A stretch of 64,000 nt of DNA from a virus (lineage: Duplodnaviria; Caudoviricetes): IMG/VR virus record IMGVR_UViG_3300031998_000027, positions 32,001 to 96,000 of that record; one strand, written 5' to 3'. Position numbers and translations under genes: made by a program. Below, one piece after another: positions 9,105-16,246 of this stretch (positions within the stretch are counted from its first letter, which is position 1; every line of letters begins with the position of its first letter). A model generated the notes under the pieces. That model did not search any database. It was not told the origin of the DNA and worked only from the letters and a program-made list of their open reading frames with translations.

Positions 9105-9302
9105 TCAATATTTATATTTATCAAGTCCGCTCATTTCAGCTTCTATGTCAGACAGCTCGTCAATGAAAACGACATCGTCAATGTCTTCAACGACACCATC
9201 AGACCACAGGTCTTCAAGGATTGTTAGTGCATCAGCATAATCCTCTGCGCCAATGAGGAAGCGGAAACCCTCGCTAATTTCTTCAAACAGAAAATTTCTC
9301 AT
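9105..9302 (-). CDS. Hypothetical acidic protein (paralog of 5388-5591)
   Basis: RBS, promoter, motif similarity. Confidence 0.75.
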   Translation of the reverse strand: MRNFLFEEISEGFRFLIGAEDYADALTILEDLWSDGVVEDIDDVVFIDELSDIEAEMSGLDKYKY

Positions 9303-9445
9303 TTTTTTTGAAAATCTCCTTTTCTTTTGTTTTTGTACCTTTATTATAAATGATAAATTCTAATCTGTCAATATGTGAAATTAGATGTGTCGTTTTAGAA
9401 TTAGATGTAATACATCTAATTATTTTAGGAAAAAAGAGGACTATT

Positions 9446-9685
9446 TTAGTCCTCTCTCCCATCAAAAAACCATTTTACGGAAAAATCCTCGAAAACCCAT
9501 TCTATGGAAATTCCGTCCTGAAACTCCCAAGAGCTTGCATACATTATGTAGCCGAGAGCCGCCTCAGCTTCTGCCGTGAGGTTCTGCTCGCAGATGTAGA
9601 CTTCTATGACCTCACCACCATCGTCATAGATGTCGCCGAGGTAAGAAAACGGCGCGAGCATATCAAGTATTTCATCGTAAGTCAT
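9446..9685 (-). CDS. Hypothetical acidic protein
   Basis: Start adjusted to ATG 9685 after AAAGGAG. Confidence 0.7.
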   Translation of the reverse strand: MTYDEILDMLAPFSYLGDIYDDGGEVIEVYICEQNLTAEAEAALGYIMYASSWEFQDGISIEWVFEDFSVKWFFDGRED

Positions 9686-9811
9686 TTTTGGAAAATCTCC
9701 TTTTCTCTTAAATTCTGTAATCATTATAAACGATAAATTCCAAAAAGTCAATAGTACGAATTAGATGTGATACATCTAATTTCTAAAAAGGGAAAAAAAC
9801 CCTTTTTAGTT

Positions 9812-10006
9812 TTATGACTTCATTTCATGATAAATAGTTTCCAGAATTTCGAAAAGTTCTGAATCATACTTGTAAGGAATTTCTATGCGATTAATATCCT
9901 CGCAATTTTTGAAAAAGATATGAACTACATTTGTGTAACGATTGACTGATACATTTCTGATTTCTTCACAGTTAATAATCTGATTTTCAAACTTTACTAC
10001 TTTCAT
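9812..10006 (-). CDS. Hypothetical protein
   Basis: RBS GAAAGG; long structured leader. Confidence 0.65.
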   Translation of the reverse strand: MKVVKFENQIINCEEIRNVSVNRYTNVVHIFFKNCEDINRIEIPYKYDSELFEILETIYHEMKS

Positions 10007-10237
10007 GATTTTATAACCTTTCCATAATTTCTATAAAATTTTTGTCAAAGGTTTTTCAGAAAATATTTCACTTTTCTGAAAATTGGTCTATTATTATTTA
10101 ACTACTTAACCTCGTTATTTTGTACTCGGTACCGTTATTCTCGGTTCTCCCCTTTGACATAGACATATTATCACATATTTTAGGAAAAGTCAACGGAATA
10201 AATTAGATGTGATACATCTAATTAAAAAAAAGGAAGA

Positions 10238-10396
10238 TTACTCTTCCTTTTTCTCCCAGTAGCGGATATATACGCCCTTGTGCGCATCTGCGTAGGCGCG
10301 AGCTTCCTTGTAGCTCGCATAGTGCGCGATGACCTTCGCGCCGCGCATAGCGTCAAAGCCCTTGCTCTCGTCGACAGTAACACCATAGATAGACAT
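10238..10396 (-). CDS. Small protein, tandem paralog A (MSIYGVTVD...)
   Basis: ATG 10396 after GAAAGGAG; about 60% identical to 10535-10693. Confidence 0.8.
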   Translation of the reverse strand: MSIYGVTVDESKGFDAMRGAKVIAHYASYKEARAYADAHKGVYIRYWEKKEE

Positions 10397-10534
10397 AGTA
10401 ACTCCTTTCGAGGCGGCCGCCCTTTTGTCGGCTCCGTTCCTCATTGTCTGTATGATACCACATCCGGCGACAACTGTCAATAGACAGAATTAGATGTGAT
10501 ACATCTAATTCCACCACAAAAGAAGAAGGGGAGC

Positions 10535-10693
10535 TCAGCTCCCCTTCACCGCCCAGTAGCGGATATACCGCGAGCGGCTCTCGTCCGCGTAGGCGCGGGC
10601 GTCCTCGTAGCGCTCGAAGTGCGCGATGAGCTTCTCCCCGCGCATGACATCGAAGCCGCGGCTCACATCGACAGTAATCCCATAGATAGACAT
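10535..10693 (-). CDS. Small protein, tandem paralog B (MSIYGITVD...)
   Basis: ATG 10693 after GAAAGGAG. Confidence 0.8.
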   Translation of the reverse strand: MSIYGITVDVSRGFDVMRGEKLIAHFERYEDARAYADESRSRYIRYWAVKGS

Positions 10694-10798
10694 AGTAACT
10701 CCTTTCAGAGGCGGCGACCCTTGCCGTTCGCTCCGTCCCTCATTGTCTATATGATACCACATCGGGCGCAGTCTGTCAATAGGTGGAATTAGATGTGC

Positions 10799-10875
10799 CA
10801 CATCTAATTCTTTAACGATTTAAATCAATGAAGTGCGAGACACATCTAATTCTTTAACGATTTAAATCATTAAAG
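10799..10875. repeat. 29-bp direct repeat (10799-10827, 10841-10869) containing a palindrome half-site, plus a second 24-bp near-perfect palindrome
   Basis: CACATCTAATTCTTTAACGATTTAAATCA twice; CTTTAACGATTTAAATCATTAAAG at 10852-10875. Confidence 0.85.
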
Positions 10876-10884
10876 TGTTAAAGT

Positions 10885-10910
10885 AAAAAGAGGGGAAGCT
10901 CAGCTTCCCC
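10885..10910 (-). terminator. Intrinsic terminator after the nuclease-fold gene
   Basis: GGGGAAGCT/AGCTTCCCC stem followed by TCTTTTT on the minus strand. Confidence 0.75.
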
Positions 10911-10926
10911 GAGGGGCGAGAGGGGC

Positions 10927-11427
10927 TTAGCCCCTCTCAAAGAACTCGTCCGCGGTCGGCAGGTCGAACAGAACGCTTTCGATGTAAGCGGCTATCGGCT
11001 TGGAAGCCTTGGGGCGGACGGTCTCGCTCACATAGAAGCTCTGAATGTGGAGGTGTCCGCGACTGTCCCACTTGGTGAACTGTCCGCGACCCGTGTAGCC
11101 GTTGAGGAACGCGACCCACTGCTCGCGCGTGAACACATAGCCCTGGCTTTCGGCGGGGAAATTGGGGTCAACGTTGGGGCAATAGATGACATACTGAGCC
11201 TTGTCGGCATTCTCAATCTCCCCGCAAGCCGACTTGACCTCGCAGGTGTAGCGCTTGCCATCCTTGGAAAAGCGGATGTCCTCAGCGCCCTGCCTCTTGA
11301 CCTTGTAGCAGCGACGGCGGGAGATATACGAGCGCATAGCAAGCTCGAAAGCATCGCCAAAACGCCCCAAATCCGTAGCCTTACGAATGGAAAGCTCCTC
11401 GCGCATAATGGTGATAGTGTCAATCAT
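10927..11427 (-). CDS. PD-(D/E)XK nuclease-fold protein
   Basis: GDAFE (helix 1)...EDIRF...CEVKS active-site pattern; RBS AAAGGAG. Confidence 0.65.
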   Translation of the reverse strand: MIDTITIMREELSIRKATDLGRFGDAFELAMRSYISRRRCYKVKRQGAEDIRFSKDGKRYTCEVKSACGEIENADKAQYVIYCPNVDPNFPAESQGYVFTREQWVAFLNGYTGRGQFTKWDSRGHLHIQSFYVSETVRPKASKPIAAYIESVLFDLPTADEFFERG

Positions 11428-11491
11428 TTGTTTCTTTCTCCTTTTCTTTTTGTTTGTTTTTGTCCTCGGGGTTTATCCCCTTGACGATTTT

Positions 11492-11520
11492 ATATTAACA
11501 TCTAACCGACATATAATCAA
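11492..11520 (-). promoter_or_regulatory. Promoter of the nuclease-fold gene, with a palindrome half-site in its spacer
   Basis: TTGATT-17 bp-TAATAT with TG; GTTAGATGT at 11506-11498. Confidence 0.65.
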
Positions 11521-11630
11521 AGGCGATTATAGACGATTATAGCCGATTACACGCCATTATCCTTTGCTTTTCTCCGTTTTCCTTCGTTTTTCGCAGTTTT
11601 TCGCCTTTTTTCGCCTTTTTTGGACTTTTG
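11521..11630. repeat. 10-bp-periodic repeats and phased T-tracts (predicted bent DNA)
   Basis: AGGCGATTAT/AGACGATTAT/AGCCGATTAC/ACGCCATTAT, then seven 10-bp units ending in T3-T6. Confidence 0.8.
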
Positions 11631-11741
11631 GCTATATATTTTTTGTTATAGTGATTATAACTTTTTTTTTATTTTAGAAGGCGGGCGGGCATTTTGGGAA
11701 ATAGTTAAACGCTTAACTTTTCAAAAACCGGGCCTGGAAAA

Positions 11742-11794
11742 TTAGTTCCATGAAATCAAAATTCAATCTTAGTTCCACAAAATCAAAATTCAAT
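11742..11794. repeat. 26-bp tandem direct repeat
   Basis: TTAGTTCCA(TG/CA)AAATCAAAATTCAAT at 11742 and 11769. Confidence 0.85.
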
Positions 11795-11817
11795 TTCTCC
11801 TTTCGCGAAGCGAAAAT

Positions 11818-11846
11818 TTGACTTCCCCCTAATTCCATGGTATAAT
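11818..11846 (+). promoter_or_regulatory. Sigma-A promoter for the virion operon
   Basis: TTGACT-17 bp-TATAAT with extended TG; IR TTAGAAGGT-N6-ACCTTCTAA at 11851-11874. Confidence 0.8.
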
Positions 11847-11902
11847 ATAATTAGAAGGTATAAAAACCTTCTAAAATCCTTCAGCGTATAAGAGGTCACA
11901 AA

Positions 11903-13231
11903 ATGAAAAATAGATTAGACTTAGATTGGGGGCTCTCTACAGCCAAAGACCGAACCGCCTTTCTAACCGAGTATATAAATGAAGATATATTTGAAAAACG
12001 TCCGCCTAATGAAGACGAACTCGAAACAATGGCGAACTATTTACTGTGGGGACAAGACGAAGACGGACTAAATCCTGACCAACGAAAAGAAATTCAACTC
12101 CCTCGAAAAAACCAAACTTGGAGTGGGAAAGAACCCGAGTCATTAGAGGCCCTTTTGGAGAGTCCTACCTTTTTAGAAAGTGAGGTTTATAAGCTTGGGG
12201 CTGTCGCACCCAAGAAGACCCGCAACGTTTTCAGCCGCGAAGAACTCAAAAAGAAATTAAGTCCCGAAAGCTTAGAACCTTTTGAAACCCTTTGGGAAGA
12301 AATTGATAGGATTGAGATTTTAATTAACTTTTTTGAGATTTTTAAAGGGAAGAGGGAAAAGCCACCGAGAAAAGAACTTTTGGAGAGATTTTCTGAGGAA
12401 GAGGTTGAAACGTTTAAGGCACGAGCCGAACAACTCACTCAATTTAAGTTTTTAAAACTTAAGCATTTACTTGTGGAGTTAAGAAGAGAACAATATACGC
12501 TGAAAGACGCAGTATTGCCGCAAATTGTAAGCTATGGGGAGATTATTGCGCCCGACGAAGAAGAAACTTTTAATTTTGAAATTTTTCCGTTTGGTGAACA
12601 ACAAGATCTTTTGTTTAGAGATTTTGGAGAGTTATTGCCGCAGAATTTTTCAGAAGAAGAACTTAAAACCATTTCAAGTTATTATTGGAAGAAAAAAGAA
12701 GATGAAAAACGTATACGGCGCGAAAGCACTTTCTACTTCGATTTTAGAGAACTAGAAATGGTTTATCAGTTACTGTTACAGCAGGAAGAACTCCGGGGTA
12801 CAACAGAAATTAACCAAAAATTGTTGGATATATTACAGTATTATGTGCGCCAGGCTGACCTTCCTCCCATTCAAGAAAAAATTTTGGTTATGAAGATTAG
12901 AAGGAATAAGAACCAAGATATTGCGAACTTTGTGAATGGGGAGTTTGGAAAGAGTTATACGGCGAATTATATTAGTACGATTTTTCGACAGAAGATTATA
13001 CCTGCAATTAATGAGGTTGCGGCCTATCATGAGAGGATAGTGGGGAGTCTATTTTTTGAAGAGGATTTTAAGACCTGCAGTGGATGCGGCCGGCTTTTAC
13101 TGCGCGACCCCATCAACTTTGTGAGAAGAAGTCGTGCAAAAGATGGACTTAGCAACCATTGTAAGAAGTGTGATAAAGAAGAAAGAGAAAAGAAAAAGGG
13201 AGGTATTATAAAAGATGGCGAAAGATATTAA
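11903..13231 (+). CDS. Putative transcription regulator (sigma region-4-like HTH plus C-terminal Zn ribbon)
   Basis: LPPIQEKILVMK...NQDIA...YISTI helix pattern; CSGC...CKKC. Confidence 0.45.
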   Translation: MKNRLDLDWGLSTAKDRTAFLTEYINEDIFEKRPPNEDELETMANYLLWGQDEDGLNPDQRKEIQLPRKNQTWSGKEPESLEALLESPTFLESEVYKLGAVAPKKTRNVFSREELKKKLSPESLEPFETLWEEIDRIEILINFFEIFKGKREKPPRKELLERFSEEEVETFKARAEQLTQFKFLKLKHLLVELRREQYTLKDAVLPQIVSYGEIIAPDEEETFNFEIFPFGEQQDLLFRDFGELLPQNFSEEELKTISSYYWKKKEDEKRIRRESTFYFDFRELEMVYQLLLQQEELRGTTEINQKLLDILQYYVRQADLPPIQEKILVMKIRRNKNQDIANFVNGEFGKSYTANYISTIFRQKIIPAINEVAAYHERIVGSLFFEEDFKTCSGCGRLLLRDPINFVRRSRAKDGLSNHCKKCDKEEREKKKGGIIKDGERY

Positions 13232-13457
13232 GGGATTTCAGCGCCAACTCCTCCAACTTGAACCAGTTGAATTTATTGGTGTCGCTCGCATTTTAGGGGT
13301 TCAATTGTTTGATGTGGAAAAGAATGAGCCTATGATGTTTGATGAGATTTTTGCGGACATGATGGAGAAATATGCGGGGCTATCGCGCAAACAAAGGCGG
13401 AACTTAGAACGTTTACTGCGCGCGGCCACTAAAAAGGAAGACGATTCAAATGATTAA
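13215..13457 (+). CDS. Hypothetical protein
   Basis: RBS GGAGG, coupled ORF. Confidence 0.7.
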   Translation: MAKDIKGFQRQLLQLEPVEFIGVARILGVQLFDVEKNEPMMFDEIFADMMEKYAGLSRKQRRNLERLLRAATKKEDDSND

Positions 13458-14460
13458 AGGTGATAAAATACGCCCACCGCAGGACTTCTTAGTAAAGCAA
13501 TGCGCGCGGTGTAATGGTAATTTTGGGCCTGAAAACTACACAAAAACAAAAAGTTGGTTTTATCCAGATGGATATTTGCCAGTTTGTAATGATTGTTTAA
13601 AGGCTTATTTACAGCACTATGATTTTGATTGGGCATATGTGAGTAAGATTTGTCAATATGCGGACATTCCTTTTGTTCCGACCAAGTGGGAGGAACTGCG
13701 AAAAGTGAATGGGGATGATGTATTTCCAATTTATGCGTTGGTTTTCTTTGGAGAAGAATTTGAAGACTTAGGATGGGGCGACTATTTTGAGGAGTTCAAA
13801 CGTCTACAGCGCGAAAGCATTATAGAAGAGGAGTTACCAGAGTTAAGAGAAGAGAAGATTAGGAAGCTAAAGGAAAAATGGGGTCCAAACTATGATTATG
13901 ATGCGCTGACTTATCTTGAAAATCTTTATAATGGTATTTTACAGACACAAAATGTGAATGGCGCCCTTCAAGGCGACCAAGCACTTAAACTTTGTAAGAT
14001 TTCTTATGAGATAGATAATTGTATTAGAGAAGGAAGCGCTGTTGATAAATTACTTGCAAGCTATGATAAGTTAGTTAAAACAGCAGAATTTACGCCAAAG
14101 AATGTTAAGAGCGCGAGTGATTTTGACTCTGTTGGAGAGTTATTTAGATGGCTTGAAAAAAGAGGTTGGCGCAATCGCTACTTTGATGGAGTTACTCAAG
14201 ATGTGGTAGATGAAACAATTCAGAATATTCAGAATTATAATCAGAGATTATATACCAATGAAAGTGGAATTGGTGATGAGATTACGCACCGAATTGAAAA
14301 CCTGAAGGCGGCGCATGATATTGAGGAACAGGGATATTTTGGCGCCGACCGAGATGATTATGATTTGGATACTTATGATACTATCGGATATGATAATTTA
14401 TTTAAAGATGAGGAAGAAGAAGAATTTAATACTGATTTAGGTGATGATTTAGATGTCTAA
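13450..14460 (+). CDS. Zn-finger protein, candidate terminase small subunit
   Basis: CARC...CNDC; directly upstream of TerL. Confidence 0.45.
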   Translation: MIKGDKIRPPQDFLVKQCARCNGNFGPENYTKTKSWFYPDGYLPVCNDCLKAYLQHYDFDWAYVSKICQYADIPFVPTKWEELRKVNGDDVFPIYALVFFGEEFEDLGWGDYFEEFKRLQRESIIEEELPELREEKIRKLKEKWGPNYDYDALTYLENLYNGILQTQNVNGALQGDQALKLCKISYEIDNCIREGSAVDKLLASYDKLVKTAEFTPKNVKSASDFDSVGELFRWLEKRGWRNRYFDGVTQDVVDETIQNIQNYNQRLYTNESGIGDEITHRIENLKAAHDIEEQGYFGADRDDYDLDTYDTIGYDNLFKDEEEEEFNTDLGDDLDV

Positions 14461-16246
14461 AAGAATTTTTAGAGAAAAGAGTTCTTTAGACAAGGAAATT
14501 CTCAAACGTGGACAGCGCGAGGGCATTGAAATTGATAAAGGTGCAGTTTTGACTACGCCATATTTGGAAGCCCATGAAGAGTTGTTTCGTAAATATGCGG
14601 AATTTTTTACGGCTTATCCAGATTTATTTTTGGATTTGATAAAGCCTGAGTCATCAAGTTTTACTCTTTTCTTTTATCAGAGAATTGTTTTGCGCGCGAT
14701 TATGAGATTTAAAGAAGTTTATGTGGTTGCGTGCCGTGCGTTCTCAAAAAGCTTTTTAACTATTATTGCAATGTATTTGCAATGTGTATTTATTCCTGGT
14801 ACTAAGCGATTTATTTGCGCCCCGGCTAAAAATCAGTCAGCGCAAATTGCTAAAGAAAAAATCTTTGAGATTTATAATAACTGGCCACTTTTGCGCCGAG
14901 AGGTAGTGGGCGGTGATATTACGGATACGCCAGGTAATTTTGGTAAGGACTACGTAACTTTAAAATTTAGGAATGGCTCACAATTCGACGTTGTTGGCGC
15001 CCTTGATAGCCAACGTGGCGGACGTCGTAATGGTGGTCTGATAGACGAGATACGCGACCATGATGAAGAAGCATTAAATGAAATTGTTTTGCCGCTTCTG
15101 AATGTTTCGCGCCGGCTTCCAGATAATACAGTTAATGAATGCGAGCCAAATCAGCAAACAGTTTTCTGTACTAGTGCGGGTAATAAAATTAGTTTTGCAT
15201 ATGATAAGTTAATAGATGTTTTTGAAAATGCAATTATTGACCCAAAGAATTCTTTTGTAATGGGTTGTGATTATAGGGTTCCAGTTCTTCATGGATTAAT
15301 TGACCGCAACTTTATTAATAAATTAAAGAGTTCTCCGGCTTATAATGAAGAATCATTTGCGCGAGAATATCTCTCAATTTGGAGCGGTAGTTCAAGTGAA
15401 TCCTGGTTCAATTATGATAAGTTACAAAAGTATCGGAAAATAAAAAATCCCGAAACGCACTTTTCTAATGGAGCTGGAGCAAAACAATTCTACATATTAT
15501 CAGTAGACGTAGGTCGTCTTAATGACCAAACTGTCTGCTGCGTCTTTAGAGTTAATACTGTTCAAGGAAAGTATATTGCGACTTTAGTGAATTTATTTGT
15601 TCTTGGGCGCACAACTGAAACGAAGCCTTTTACGATTCAGGCGCGCGACCTCAAGAAGATTATAAGGCAATTTAACCCAAAAGAAGTTGTGATTGATACT
15701 AATGGTCTTGGTGTTGGTCTTGCCGATGAAATGATAAGGACTCAAATGGATGATAATGGTGAACAATTGCCGCCTTATGGATTTATAAATGATGAAGAAT
15801 ATAAGAAGATACAACCAAAAGATGCAGTATGTATTTTATATGGAATAAAAGCTAACGGACCTCTTAACTCACAAATCCATGGTAATGCTTATTCAAGACT
15901 TACAAGCGGTAAGGTTCGCTTCTTAATAAAGGAGCAAGAAGCAAAAAGTGCGCTTCTTGCAACAAAAGCTGGCCAAAAAATGACAACCGAGCAAAGAGTG
16001 AAACGTTTAATGCCGCACGAGATGACGACTCGTCTTTTTGAAGAAATGTCCAATTTGCGTTTACGGCGCGCGGGTGCTTCTCTTGATATTGTCCTTGAGC
16101 AAATTAATTCTCGTTATCCAAAAGATAAATATTCAGCATTTGCTTATGGTCTTTGGCGTATTAATGAACTTGAAATTGAAGAATATAAGCGTGTTCAACA
16201 TCGAACTGGTGTGCGTAAACTAATTTTTTACACAGGAGGAAGATAA
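14453..16246 (+). CDS. terL: Terminase large subunit
   Basis: ACRAFSKS Walker A, LIDE Walker B, SVDVG and KDKYSA nuclease motifs. Confidence 0.92.
   Translation: MSKRIFREKSSLDKEILKRGQREGIEIDKGAVLTTPYLEAHEELFRKYAEFFTAYPDLFLDLIKPESSSFTLFFYQRIVLRAIMRFKEVYVVACRAFSKSFLTIIAMYLQCVFIPGTKRFICAPAKNQSAQIAKEKIFEIYNNWPLLRREVVGGDITDTPGNFGKDYVTLKFRNGSQFDVVGALDSQRGGRRNGGLIDEIRDHDEEALNEIVLPLLNVSRRLPDNTVNECEPNQQTVFCTSAGNKISFAYDKLIDVFENAIIDPKNSFVMGCDYRVPVLHGLIDRNFINKLKSSPAYNEESFAREYLSIWSGSSSESWFNYDKLQKYRKIKNPETHFSNGAGAKQFYILSVDVGRLNDQTVCCVFRVNTVQGKYIATLVNLFVLGRTTETKPFTIQARDLKKIIRQFNPKEVVIDTNGLGVGLADEMIRTQMDDNGEQLPPYGFINDEEYKKIQPKDAVCILYGIKANGPLNSQIHGNAYSRLTSGKVRFLIKEQEAKSALLATKAGQKMTTEQRVKRLMPHEMTTRLFEEMSNLRLRRAGASLDIVLEQINSRYPKDKYSAFAYGLWRINELEIEEYKRVQHRTGVRKLIFYTGGR

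Larger units (their letters stand above)
1326..10779 (-). promoter_or_regulatory. Set of >20 sigma-A/sigma70-type promoters (TTGACW-16/17 bp-TGnTATAAT), one per cassette
   Basis: Examples: TTGACT(7947-7942)-16 bp-TATAAT and TTGACA(9044-9039)-17 bp-TATTAT. Most are followed by an A-rich leader and an AAAGGAG RBS. Confidence 0.9.
1373..10809. repeat. Dispersed array of 21 copies of the 23-bp palindrome AATTAGATGT-N3-ACATCTAATT
   Basis: Copies start at 1373, 2511, 3126, 3575, 4237, 4709, 5339, 5663, 6431, 6861, 7250, 7553, 7955, 8304, 8741, 9052, 9399, 9759, 10201, 10488, 10787. Extra half-sites at 6417, 6847, 9379, 10842. All are intergenic. Confidence 0.97.

Noticed and set aside
4172-10160. 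Leaderless micro-peptides MSRGKRN, MSRGER and MSKGRTEN... at the TGTCAA elements
   Set aside because: The start codons lie only 4-5 nt after the -10 box, lengths are inconsistent, and the similarity is explained by the shared DNA motif.
1373-10809. CRISPR array interpretation of the palindromic repeats
   Set aside because: Inter-repeat distances are about 290-1140 bp and contain promoters and genes; there are no cas genes in the window.
1373-10809. Classical integron (attC cassettes)
   Set aside because: No tyrosine integrase in the window, no GTTRRRY core or extrahelical-base attC structure, and cassettes carry their own promoters.
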